This document shows, one piece after another, positions 1 through 10,339 of a stretch of 64,000 nucleotides of DNA. The notes under the pieces are model-generated. The model did not search any database. It was not told the origin of the DNA and saw only the letters and a program-made list of their open reading frames with translations. Each line of letters starts with the position of its first letter. The first letter of the stretch is position 1. The translations under genes were made by a program, and so were the position numbers. The stretch comes from an uncultured Planctomycetota bacterium (GTDB taxonomy: Bacteria; Planctomycetota; Planctomycetia; Isosphaerales; Isosphaeraceae), in the NCBI GenBank assembly GCA_963845755.1, contig CAWJTV010000034.1:416001-480000 (forward strand), written 5' to 3'.

Positions 1-752
1 AGGCTCGCGAGACGCTGAAGACCGCGGTCGCGATCCAGGAGAAGCTGGTCGCGAGGTCGCCCACGATCCCCACCTATCTCTCCAACCTGGCAGCGATGTG
101 CGACAGCCTCGCCAACCTCCTCCGTTCCCAGAACGCCCACGACGAAGCCGAATCGCTCTACCGCCAGGAGCTCACCTATCACGCCCGCCTGGCGATGGAG
201 TATCCCCGGGTCCTCGCCTACCGATACGGCCATGGTCAGGTGCTTCACAACCTCGCCGACCTCCTCCGGGAACGCGGTCGTTGCCACGAAGGACTTCCGC
301 TCGAGCGCGAAGCCGTGCGGGAGCTGGCCACCGTCTACGAGTCGAACGTCCGCGACCCCCATTACCGGACGGCGATCAGTTATGCGTACTGGACTCTCTG
401 TTCCATCCTCATCGAAAGCAAGGACCATCGCGACGCTGCGAAGGCCGTGGCCGAGTACCTCCGGATCGAGCCCAATGGTTACGAGGAATCGTCCGAGGCG
501 ACCGGCTTCCTCTGCCGATGCGCCCAGCTCTGCCGCCAGGATTCCTCGCTGCCGGCGAAGGAGGCGGAGGCACTCGCGCGACGCTACGCCGACCAGGCCA
601 TCGCCGCGCTGCGGACCGCGGTCCGAAACGGATTCCGCGACACAAAGCTCGTCAACACGGCCGAAATCTACGAACCCATCCGCTCGCGGGACGATTTTCG
701 CGGGATCGTCCGCGAGGTCGAGGCCATGTTGGTCGAACTGAGGCGCTATTGA
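1..752 (+). CDS. TPR-repeat C-terminal region (partial), typical of planctomycete TPR-containing Ser/Thr kinases
   Basis: Frame is open from the window edge (ARETLKTAVAIQEKLVARSPTIPTYLSNLAAM...). It has TPR-like helices and the typical ending 'AIAALRTAVRNGFRD...EPIRSRDDFR'. No kinase domain lies inside the window. Confidence 0.75.
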   Translation, partial: ARETLKTAVAIQEKLVARSPTIPTYLSNLAAMCDSLANLLRSQNAHDEAESLYRQELTYHARLAMEYPRVLAYRYGHGQVLHNLADLLRERGRCHEGLPLEREAVRELATVYESNVRDPHYRTAISYAYWTLCSILIESKDHRDAAKAVAEYLRIEPNGYEESSEATGFLCRCAQLCRQDSSLPAKEAEALARRYADQAIAALRTAVRNGFRDTKLVNTAEIYEPIRSRDDFRGIVREVEAMLVELRRY

Positions 753-795
753 AATGGGGACTGGCTCCGAGTCTTCGAGGTGCCTGTCCCCATTT
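752..795. repeat. REP-like palindrome, family A copy 1
   Basis: AAATGGGGACTGGCTCC...GGTGCCTGTCCCCATTT inverted arms, between convergent genes. Confidence 0.8.
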
Positions 796-820
796 CGATA
801 GCGCCTTCCACCACGGTCCT

Positions 821-1441
821 TCAAGTCCGGCGCCCGTTATGGTCGAGGTACGGATACTCCATGTACCGCACCTTGGCCCGGGCGACGGCCTCGCCGTGAT
901 AGCGCGCCACGACGCGAAGTGCCATATCGATGCCGGCTGCGATACCGGCCGAGGTGATCGTCGATCCGTCCTCCACGACGTGCTGATCCCGGATCACCTC
1001 GATGGAAGGGAAAGTGTCTCGCATCCGGTCCAGAGACATCCAGTGAGTCGTCGCGCGGCGGCCGTCGAGCAAACCGGCCTGGCCGAGCACGAATGAACCC
1101 GTGCAGACCGAGGTCAATAACTCCACCTCGACGGACCGCCCTCGGATCCAGCCGACGACCTCCTGATGGTTCACCAGGCTCCGGGTCCCCCAGCCGCCCG
1201 GGACGACCAGGACATCGAGCTTCGGGCAGCCCGCGAGGTCATGATCCGGCAAGACGCGCAACCCACCCGTGGCGACGACGGGCTCCGTCGTCTCGGCGAC
1301 CAGGACAACCTCGAATGGCGACGGCTCCTCCCGCCGACGCGATTCGTCAAATCGCGTCACCGAGAACACCTCGAACGGCCCGCAGAAGTCGAGGACTTCG
1401 ACCTCCGGGAAGACGACGATGCCCACGCGTTTCCGGATCAT
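821..1441 (-). CDS. DJ-1/PfpI family protein (isonitrile hydratase-like)
   Basis: VEVLDFCGPFEVF, DVLVVPGG, SVCTG nucleophile elbow, TSAGIAAGID; AAGGAG RBS before ATG 1441. Confidence 0.9.
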   Translation of the reverse strand: MIRKRVGIVVFPEVEVLDFCGPFEVFSVTRFDESRRREEPSPFEVVLVAETTEPVVATGGLRVLPDHDLAGCPKLDVLVVPGGWGTRSLVNHQEVVGWIRGRSVEVELLTSVCTGSFVLGQAGLLDGRRATTHWMSLDRMRDTFPSIEVIRDQHVVEDGSTITSAGIAAGIDMALRVVARYHGEAVARAKVRYMEYPYLDHNGRRT

Positions 1442-1531
1442 CGCGCGCTCCTTTCGTTGAGTCGGTCTGGTGCTCTCACTCCGAGACGAGACCGTACCGG
1501 AGCGGTTGCTGCTCGCAAGGCATACGACCCA

Positions 1532-1618
1532 GGAAAATGGGGACTGGCTCCCGCACCTGCGTGAAACCCTCGATCTCAAAACCACCGCACGAGGGCCGAG
1601 CGCCTCTCCCCATTTTCC
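1532..1618. repeat. REP-like palindrome, family A copy 2
   Basis: GGAAAATGGGGACTGGCTCC...GCGCCTCTCCCCATTTTCC; left arm is the same as at 752. Confidence 0.75.
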
Positions 1619-1783
1619 ACGCGCTCAACCCAGGCGGGAAGCCCTATAACAGCTTCAGTCGCCTTCCGGCCGTCGACGGACATGGGGAAAAACGGGAACT
1701 GGGGAAAAAACGCGGAACCGGAGGATTCGAGAGATCCGGCGAGGAGCCCTCGCCTCGCTGCTTCCGCTTCCATTGGGTGCTCC

Positions 1784-1920
1784 GCTAATCACCCGGCGAA
1801 AAAAAATTTTGGATTCTCCTATCTTCCACTGAGAGCAGGAGTTCAGGCAGATCTTGGACCAAGAAACGCGCTAGGTGCATTAACGCTTTCGAAAAGTTGC
1901 GGCATCCTAAGAGTATGACC
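1784..1920 (+). repeat. Dispersed conserved non-coding element, copy 1 (copy 2 at 60255-60403)
   Basis: Blocks GCTAATCACCCG, AAACGCG, TGCATTAACG, GAAAAGTTGCGGCATCCTA and GAGTATGACC are shared, with near-identical spacing. Confidence 0.8.
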
Positions 1921-2162
1921 CAAGCGCGATCAATACCGAGACTGGCAGGTGGACTGCGCCGACCCCGTCGCGGGCCCGCCGTAACCCGATTTCAGCCAGC
2001 GAGATCGGGAATGGTGACCTCCCAAAAAGCTGCCACAACGTGCCGACCTGTTCTACGACCGTCCCGGACGATGACACTGGGAAGCGATCGCCCGCCCGCC
2101 CGAGCCGACTGTGGTCGTCACTCCCCCAAGGATGGCCGTCCTCGTTTTTTTGTTGCATCTAT

Positions 2163-2199
2163 TTGACAGTGTCATATAGCCTCGATATAACAGTGTCAT
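2163..2199 (+). promoter_or_regulatory. sigma70 promoter (TTGACA-17-TATAAC) with overlapping operator repeats; probably a leaderless transcript
   Basis: TTGACA 2163-2168, TATAAC 2186-2191, ATG at 2198. Palindrome TGACAGTGTCA 2164-2174 and near copy TAACAGTGTCA 2188-2198. Confidence 0.75.
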
Positions 2200-2848
2200 G
2201 AAGAACGGCGAGACTCTCGGGACGATCGATGAGCTGAGTGTCGCGGTAGCGGCGGCCCTGGAGAGGGGGTATGCCGGTGCGCCGAATGCTCGGGTGCGCG
2301 AGGTGCCGGACCCTCGGACGATCCGCTACTACACGACCCTGGGCCTGATCGACCGCCCGGCCGAGATGCGCGGCCGCACGGCGTTTTACGGACGGAGGCA
2401 CCTGCTCCAGTTGGTGGCGATCAAGAAGCTCCAGGCGCTCGGCCGGAGCCTGGCCGAGATTCAGCACGCCCTGACGGGCTTGACCGACAAGGCACTCGCC
2501 CAGCTCGCGGAGATGGACCTGCAGGATGCGCGGATCGATGGCCAACAAACCCCGAGGCCGGCCACGCGCGAATTCTGGCGGCAGGAGCCGTCGATTCCGG
2601 ACGTGGCCGAGACGGCGGAGGTCGGTAGGGGGGCGGATCGGCTCACGGGAGATCGCCAGGCGGAGCCGATCCGATCCCAGACCTTTCATGGTGTGCCGCT
2701 CGTCAACGGCGTGACGCTCCTGCTGGCCTCGTCGCGCCCGATCGATGCCGCGGACTTCGAGGCGATCCGCACCGCGGCGGGACCTCTGATCGAGATCCTA
2801 TTGCGTCGTCAGCTCATTCACCCGCATGAGGAAGGAGACACCCGATGA
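2198..2848 (+). CDS. MerR-family HTH transcriptional regulator
   Basis: PDPRTIRYYTTLGLIDRP...AFYGRRHLLQLVAIKKLQALGRSLAEI; ATGA overlap with the next gene. Confidence 0.9.
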   Translation: MKNGETLGTIDELSVAVAAALERGYAGAPNARVREVPDPRTIRYYTTLGLIDRPAEMRGRTAFYGRRHLLQLVAIKKLQALGRSLAEIQHALTGLTDKALAQLAEMDLQDARIDGQQTPRPATREFWRQEPSIPDVAETAEVGRGADRLTGDRQAEPIRSQTFHGVPLVNGVTLLLASSRPIDAADFEAIRTAAGPLIEILLRRQLIHPHEEGDTR

Positions 2849-5800
2849 GTCGATCACTGCCGCTGATCTCGGACAACGAACGGGTCCCTGGGAGTTTCTC
2901 CTCACCCGCTGCCGACGACGAGGCGGGCTTCGGTGCCCTGAGAACGGACAGAGGCCATCTGCCCCTGGAATCCATGGACGTGCGTGGCCGGATCGACGGC
3001 CTGCTGGCGCACGTGACCGTCCGGCAAACGTTCGTCAACGCGCTCGAGGAACCGCTCGAGGCGGCCTACATCTTCCCACTCCCCGATCGCGCCGCGGTGA
3101 CCCGGTTCCGCATGCAGGTTGCCGGCCGCGAAATCGAAGGTGTGCTGGAGGAGCGGGGCCAGGCGCGCGAGCACTACGACCAGGCGATCGCCCAGGGCCG
3201 CCGCGCGGCGATCGCCGAGGAGGATCGGCCCGGAGTCTTCAACCTTCGTGTCGGCAACCTGATGCCCGGCGATCGCGCGACTGTCGAGTTGACGTTCTGC
3301 GGGGTGTTGCCGTACTCCGACGGCGCGGCAACGTTCCGGTTCCCGCTGGTGGTCGCCCCGCGATACATTCCCGGCACCCCGCTGCCCGGGCTCTCGGTCG
3401 GCGACGGGACCGCGGTCGATACGAACGCCGTGCCAGACGCCTCACGGATCAGCCCGCCGGTGTTGCTGCCCGGTTTCCCAAACCCGGTCCGTCTGAGCCT
3501 GGAAATCGAGCTCCATGACGGCGGTGAAGATATGGATGAAGTCCATTGCAGCCTTCACGCCGTGAACGAAGAGTCCCACGACGGCTATCGGCGCATCCGG
3601 CTGTATCCCGGCGAGCGGCTCAACCGCGACTTCATCCTGCGTTTCCGCCTGGGCGGCCCGGAGATCCGATCCACCATGACCTTGCATCCGGACGCGACCG
3701 GAGGCCGAGAAGGGACGTTCGCGCTGACGGTCGTGCCACCCGCTTTCGATGACGCGTCTCCCCAGAAGCCCCGCGACGTCGTCTTCGTCCTCGACCGATC
3801 GGGCAGTATGAAAGGGTGGAAGATGGTCGCGGCACGAAGGGCGGTAGCACGGATGATCGATACGCTCAACGACTCCGATCGGTTCTGCGTCCTCGCTTTT
3901 GACGACGTCGTGGAGTCTCCGCCCAGCCTATCCGGGGACTTGGCCGGGGCGACGGATCGCCACCGATTCTCCGCGGTGGAGTACCTGGCGAAGGTCGAGG
4001 CCCGGCGCGGCACCGAAATGGCCCGGCCGATCGAACAGGCGGTCAAACTGCTCGATTCGAGCGGGTCCGCCTGCCGCGATCGAATCCTCGTCCTGATCAC
4101 CGACGGCCAGGTCGGCAATGAGGACCAGATCCTCAGCGTCCTCGGAGACAGGTTAAGACGGATTCGCGTCTTCACGCTCGGCATCGACCGCGCCGTGAAC
4201 GAAGGATTCCTACGGCGTCTGGCCGAGCGGGGGGGTGGTTCGTGTGAGCTGGTCGAATCGGAAGACCGGCTCGACGAGGTCATGGCGTCTATCCATCAAC
4301 GGATTGGAATGTCGATCCTGACGGGGTTGAGTGTCACGTCCGATGAGCTGGCCATCGAGCCGGGTGAGGTCGTCCCCCGCCGCCTGCCAGACCTGTTCGC
4401 CGGCTCGCCGCTCTTGATCCTCGGTCGATACCGGGGGCGTCCGGCGGGGACCGTGACCATTGCCGCCGCCGATGCCAACGGGCAGGCCTGGTCCGAGCCG
4501 ATCCATGCCCGAATCCGCGAGAATCCGGCCATTGCCGCTGCGTGGGCGCGCGGGCAGGTGCGCCAACTGGAAGACCGCTACGTGGCCAACGACGCAGATC
4601 GCGGCCGGCTCGAGAAGGCCATCGTGGCGATCTCACTGAAGTTCCAGGTCCTATGCCGATTCACGGCCTACGTCGCCGTCGATCGTTCGCAGGTCGCGAA
4701 CGAGGACGGTTCGCTCCATCGGATCACCCAGCCAGTCGAGCAGCCGGAGGGGTGGGATCACGCTACTCCGACCGCGCATGGATTCTCGGTCAAGTGTTCC
4801 CGAATCTCCCCACGGAGTATCGAGTTCGCCACGCGAGCCTCGATTCGCACCGAAGATTTGGCAGTCGATCGCCAAGCGAGCAGCCCGCCAGCCGCCTGTG
4901 CTCCTCCTCGGCCGACCACCCTGGCCCACGAAGGTCCCGCACGCGTCGTATTCAGACGCCTAAAGGATCTCATCAGTGCGATTCCTGCGGCTCTCTTGGA
5001 CAGGCCGGTTCCGCGCGGTTCCGAGGAATCGAGCACGCGCCCATCGTCCCCCGTCAGCCTGCCGGAACGGTTCGAATCGCCCCAGGTGGTTGCTCGAGGT
5101 GGCTACGGACGAGTGTGGAAGGCGTTCGACAGACTCAACGGCCGGCATGTAATCATTGTGTTTACCCCACGCCGGAGAATCATGACAAGGAATTCAAGGA
5201 TCAACAGCAACGCGCGGAATACCTATCACGACTGAGCCATCCCGCAATCATCCCGATTCTAGAGGTCGTCGATTCCCAATCGGGGATTCTCACGATCATG
5301 CCGTTCATATCGGGATGCCTGCTGGCGGACTGGGCCCAATCTCACGGATGTATGGATCCGCGCCGGGTCGCTGACCTGGTCGCCGAGATTGCCGACGCGC
5401 TGCACCTGATTCACGGCCAGGGATTGATCCACGGCGACCTAAAACCGCAGAACATCCTGATCGGCGACGATGGACGACCGCGACTGCTCGGCTTCAGCCA
5501 CAGCATTCCGTTGGGCTCGCCCGATCCGGCGACAACGATGGGCTTCACGCCGGCCTACGCGCCTCCGGAGCAGATCCAGCAAGCTGGCCGGTGCCGGGAC
5601 GTGCGCATGGACATGTATAGTCTGGGCGTGATTCTTTACGAAAGCCTGACCGGTCAGCAACCGTTCGGCGGCGGTACGATTCAGGAGACGTTCCAGAGGG
5701 TGCTCGCTAACAATCCGACACCACCCCGCCAGCTCGTCCCAACGATCCCCGACAACCTCGCGGCCATCTGCCTCAAGGCGATGGCCAGGAACCCCGAGGA

Positions 5801-5885
5801 TCGTCACGCGTCAGCAGCCGAGTTGGCCTCGGCCCTCCGCGACACCCTCAAGCCCCGGCCAGGGAAAGGATTCTGGAAATCATGA
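2845..5885 (+). CDS. VIT + vWA domain protein with C-terminal Ser/Thr kinase-like domain (frameshift near 5165)
   Basis: VIT (VTVRQTFVN...EAAYIFPLP), vWA MIDAS (FVLDRSGSM, LITDG), then kinase motifs RGGYGRVW | HGDLKPQN, TPAYAPPEQ, DMYSLG in the adjacent frame. Confidence 0.8.
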
Positions 5886-6002
5886 TCATCCCTCGGCGAC
5901 CGGGCTGACTGTCGTCGTCACCCATTACGAGATCGACGTGCTACCGAGGGATCCGATTCCTGTCGCCCTCGTTGGCGCGTCGAACTGCGTAAGATCGGCG
6001 AG

Positions 6003-6800
6003 TCACTTCGATTCGTCAGGCATTTGGTCCTTGGCAAGCTCCTCGATCCTGGCCTTTAGCTCGCGGTACTTCGCTGTGAGCTTCTCCTTGGCAACCCTGG
6101 CGGTTTGCGAAGTCGCTTCGCGGAGCTTTTGCAAATCCTCCTCGGTCTGCTTCAGGTCCGCTTCGAGGTAAGCGACGAGCTTCTCACGGTCCTTATGAAA
6201 CTCGGCCTTGAGCCGCTCCAGCCGGGGCCCGAGTTTAGCCCTGGCATCCTCTTTGACGCTGCCGGCGTACTCCTTGAGGTGTTCGATCTCTTCACGACTC
6301 GACTTCAGGTTCGCGGACAGGGTGGACTCCATCTTCGCGCGGGCCGCGTTCCATTCTTCATGGAGCGTCTTCACCTCCGCAGCCATCTTCTCGCGGGCCG
6401 GCCCGGACGCCTTGTCGGCTTTCTCCTCGAGTGTCTTGAAGTCCTCGGCGAGGGTGTTCATGCGCAGTTCCAGGGTGGTGGCGAGTTTCTCACGAGCAAT
6501 TGCCCACTTCTTGCTGAGGACCTCCATCTCCGCGGCCATCTTCTCGCGGGCCGGGCCGGACGCCTTCGCGGCTTCGTCCTTGAGCTTGTGGTACTGGTCG
6601 CCGGCTGCCCTGGCATTCGACTCCATCTTGGTGACCAGTTTCGCCCAGTGTTCCTTGAGCCGTTCGCTGAACGTCTTTTCTGCCGGATCCTGGGCTACGA
6701 CAGGACCCGTCACTCCCAAGGACACCGTCGCCAGGGTTGCGAACACCAGAGATCGACAGCCGAACGGTAACCGCTTCACGATCGGGCTCTTCTTTGACAT
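6003..6800 (-). CDS. Secreted alpha-helical repeat protein (apolipoprotein-like, 51-aa repeats)
   Basis: Signal peptide (LVFATLATVSLGVTGPVVA/QD); KASGPAREKMAAE repeated at 153-bp spacing; AGGAG RBS. Confidence 0.7.
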   Translation of the reverse strand: MSKKSPIVKRLPFGCRSLVFATLATVSLGVTGPVVAQDPAEKTFSERLKEHWAKLVTKMESNARAAGDQYHKLKDEAAKASGPAREKMAAEMEVLSKKWAIAREKLATTLELRMNTLAEDFKTLEEKADKASGPAREKMAAEVKTLHEEWNAARAKMESTLSANLKSSREEIEHLKEYAGSVKEDARAKLGPRLERLKAEFHKDREKLVAYLEADLKQTEEDLQKLREATSQTARVAKEKLTAKYRELKARIEELAKDQMPDESK

Positions 6801-7104
6801 CCGCATGCTCCTGAAGGGGTTTCGCCCGAGAGCACCGGGGATAGACGACCCGGCACACCCATCGGAATGATTGTGGCGGATTTCTCCGCTGAACATCTCG
6901 AAGCGGACGTTGCGATCGTACTCGAATCGCGTGAGCCAACAAGATGCCACTCTCTCTGTCCGTAAGAATGCGGATCGGCACCCCACGTGTCGCCTCATCG
7001 CAGCAGTCTCTTGTCGAACCTTGGATTGGGAGCCGGCAGGCATGCGTGCAGGCTTCGATCGATTCCTCTCGCATGTCACCGCTCTCGGTTTGTAAGATAG
7101 CCTC

Positions 7105-7434
7105 ATGAATGCACAATCCCAGGCCGCGGGCGGCTTGACACTTTCGGCCCTACAGCGGATCATCTTACAAATGTACGGTGAAAAGGACGCAGCGCGCGGA
7201 GACGCAGCGACGTTCCTCTGGCTCACCGAGGAGTTCGGCGAGCTGGCCACGGCGCTCCGCTCCGGGACGCGCGACGAGCTGGCCGCCGAGATGGCCGACG
7301 TCCTGGCGTGGCTGGCGACCCTGGCCAATATCCGGGGGATCGACCTGGAGGGGGCTGTGTTGAAGAAGTATGGCCGGGCCTGCCCCGGTTGCGCGGCGGT
7401 GCCCTGCGTCTGCGACCCGGCCGAAAAGCCGTGA
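7105..7434 (+). CDS. MazG-like nucleotide pyrophosphohydrolase
   Basis: WLTEEFGELA...EMADV (EXXE...EXXD); C-terminal CPGC-x3-PCVC. Confidence 0.9.
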   Translation: MNAQSQAAGGLTLSALQRIILQMYGEKDAARGDAATFLWLTEEFGELATALRSGTRDELAAEMADVLAWLATLANIRGIDLEGAVLKKYGRACPGCAAVPCVCDPAEKP

Positions 7435-7473
7435 ACTCCGCAATCACCGAGGGTTTCCGGCGAATAACGATCG

Positions 7474-7791
7474 ATGAAGTTTCTCTCGGAGCATGATGTC
7501 GAGGCGGCGGCGGAACGGATCGAACAAGCGGAGGCCCTCTTTCGTATCAGCCACTATCCTCTCGCGATCGACATCGCCGGACGAGCGGTCGAATGCATCC
7601 TCCGAGCCTACTTCTTCAAGAAGCATCGTGTGCCCGCAAAACTCGAGGCCGCCCACGACATTGTTAAGTTGTTCCGGGCGAGCAATCTCAGGCTCATCGC
7701 CCAGGGATCGCAGCCGAATCGAAGGGAATCCGAGCACGAGATCAGCCGTATCGATCGAGGATCGTCGATGACACCCCGGAGGGTTCATTAA
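7474..7791 (+). pseudogene. HEPN-domain-like protein, apparently truncated
   Basis: AAAERIEQAEALF...LAIDIAGRAVECILRAY...HDIVKLF resembles the HEPN N-terminal helices; the C-terminal half looks missing. Confidence 0.5.
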
Positions 7792-7908
7792 GAGCCGAGG
7801 AGAAGCGACGGATCGTGATCATCGTGCCTCGGACCCCCCGAGGAAATCCGGAAAGACTGCATCCCAGGTTCCTGACAACCACTTTGCCCCCAGGAATCGT
7901 CAACATCC

Positions 7909-10219
7909 ATGAGAACCGACCCCGAAGTCCGCGTGAAGCTGATCCGAAGTCCTGACTTGAGATCCTGGGCCCTGGTCTACGCGAGTGCCCTGGTGATGGC
8001 CCTGGCAAGCTCGGGCCAGGCCGCACCGCCGCGCATCGAGGTCGAGAACCTGAGGATCGGCTTCGGCGGGTCCAACTCGTTCAAGGTGGGGACCTGGACG
8101 CCGGCCTGGATCCAGCTCCGGGCGGGCGACCAGAACTTCGACGGGTTCATGGAGGTCCGCGTTGCCGACGACGACGGGACGCCGACGTCCTACCGGCTGC
8201 CGGTCCAGGTGCCGGCCCGTTCCAGCCAGCAGTTTACCGCGTACGTCCGGCCGGGCTCGCACGATCCCGATCTGAACATCCGCCTGCTGGACTCCTCGGG
8301 ACGTCGGGTCGGCGGCGCGTCGCAGGACACCGTGATGCCCCAGCCTCCCGTGGCGCTAATGCCGCAGGAGTTGCTGATCCTGACCATGGGGCGACCGCAG
8401 GGAGTCGAGGCGATCACCGAGCTGCCCGGCTTCCGACAGGGCGGTCAACCGGGGCCATATGGAATGCGCCGGGTCGGTGGCGAGCTGGTGCTGGCCCGGA
8501 TCGACACCCAGATGGGACGTCTGCCCGGGCGCTGGTATGGCTTTGACGCCGCCCGTGCTATCGTCCTGGATACCGCCGATCGCGAAGTGCTCACGGCGCT
8601 CGACGGCGGGCGCGGCCTGGCCCTGGTGGAATGGGTCCGGCGTGGCGGCCACCTCATTGTCTCGGTCGGAGCCAACTGGCAAGCCGTGAAGGACAGCGTC
8701 CTGGCCCCCATCCTGCCGGGATTACCCAACGGCACGGACATGGCCCCCTCGCTGGCGGCACTGGACACCTTCGCCGGCTCGAACAAGCCGATCACACCGC
8801 CCGGGTCGGCGAAAGTGCTCGTGACCAAGCTGGAAGACATCGACCGGCGCGGGGGGACCGTCCTGAGCAGCGTGATGTCGAACCTGCCGTTGATCGTCCG
8901 CGGCCCGTACGGATTCGGACGCGTGACCCTGATTGCCCTGGACGTGGACCAGAAGCTCCTCTCAGACTGGCCCGACCGCGGTCGATTCTGGGGCCGAGCC
9001 ATCGACTTGCACTCCCAGAAGACCGACCAGGGCGCGGGCGGTCCGCAGATGGGCGGAGGGGTCCGGTTCAACCAGTCGTTGGTCTCCGACCTCGCCACCC
9101 AGCTCCGCGCGTCGCTCGAGCAGTTCCCGGGCGTGAAGCTGATCCCGTTCGGCTGGGTCGCGTTCTTCATCTTCCTGTATATCCTGCTCATCGGACCGGG
9201 TGACTACTTCTTCCTCAAGAAAGTGCTGAAGCGGATGGAGCTCACCTGGATCACCTTCCCCACCATCGTGGTGGCCGTGAGCCTGATCGCTTACTATGCG
9301 GCCTATCTGCTCAAGGGGAATGACCTGCTGGTCAATCAGGTGACCGTCGTGGACGTCAACCAGGTTGACGGCATGGCACGGGGCTCGACCTGGGCCAGCC
9401 TGTTCAGCCCTCAGAACCGCGACTACACGATCCGGGCGGTGCCCCTGCCGCTGAACCGCCCTTCGTCCGGAAGGGAATCCGCCGAACCCGAGCGGCCCGC
9501 GCCGGGGACCGAGGTCATGATGAGCTGGTTCAGCTCGCCCGAGAATCAGTTCGGTGCCATGGGGAGCTCCAGCCGCCGGTTCAGCTTCGCCGGCAACGGT
9601 TATGCCTATCAGCCGATCGGTGGCGTTGAGTCGTTGGAAGACGTGCGCATACCCATCTGGAGTACGAAGTGCGTGACGGCGACCTGGTTCGGACCCGGTG
9701 TCTCGCTGGTCAACGCCGACTTGCAACCCGTGGGGACCGATCGGTTGGCCGGTACCGTGATCAATCGCCTCGATATCCCGCTGGAGGACGCCGTACTGGC
9801 CTTCGGCAAGCAGGTCTACCTTCTGGAGAACATCGCCCCCGGTGCGACCAGCCGGGTCGGTTTGAGCAGTGGCCACGACCGCAGCCTTTCGGGTTACCTC
9901 CTGGAAAAGAAGTCCAGGTATCTGGATCCCTCGTACGGAAACGGCAACTTCCGGATCGACCGGAGTGCCCTGATGCTCACCGTGATGTTCCACGACAGCG
10001 AGTCGTCCGCAGCCGGCGGGGGCATGCTGTCCAACGACCCGCTCCACGACGAGGACCTGACCGGACAACTGTCCCTGCAGCGACCGATGCTGGTGGCCCG
10101 CGTCAAGCGTCCCGGCGTCCGGCTCGTCCTGGACAACGCGCCCTCGCCCGCCAAGGTCGAACGAGACGACGATGGTTCGGATCATCCTTCCGCTGAGCCC
10201 GGCGAAGCCGGCAGGCTGA
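7909..10219 (+). CDS. Large membrane-anchored hypothetical protein (ABC-transporter associated); probable frameshift near 10163
   Basis: Signal/TM N-terminus and TM pair (FFIFLYILLIGPGDYFFL; WITFPTIVV). The alternative frame ETTMVRIILPLSPAKPAG* ends at 10219; the called ORF runs to 10356. Confidence 0.7.
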
Positions 10220-10339
10220 GGGATCCCCTTCGCAGGAAGACCCGGCGGCTGCCCGAAATCGGCCGGCGGGCGCGTGATCGCCAACCGCTCAATCTCATAG
10301 ACGATTCCTCAATCGACCGCGGAAACGAGGCGCACTCCC

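Noticed and set aside
1897..2166. 89-aa ORF downstream of the conserved element
   Set aside because: R/P-rich low-information sequence with no similarity to the ORF following copy 2; not called as a CDS.
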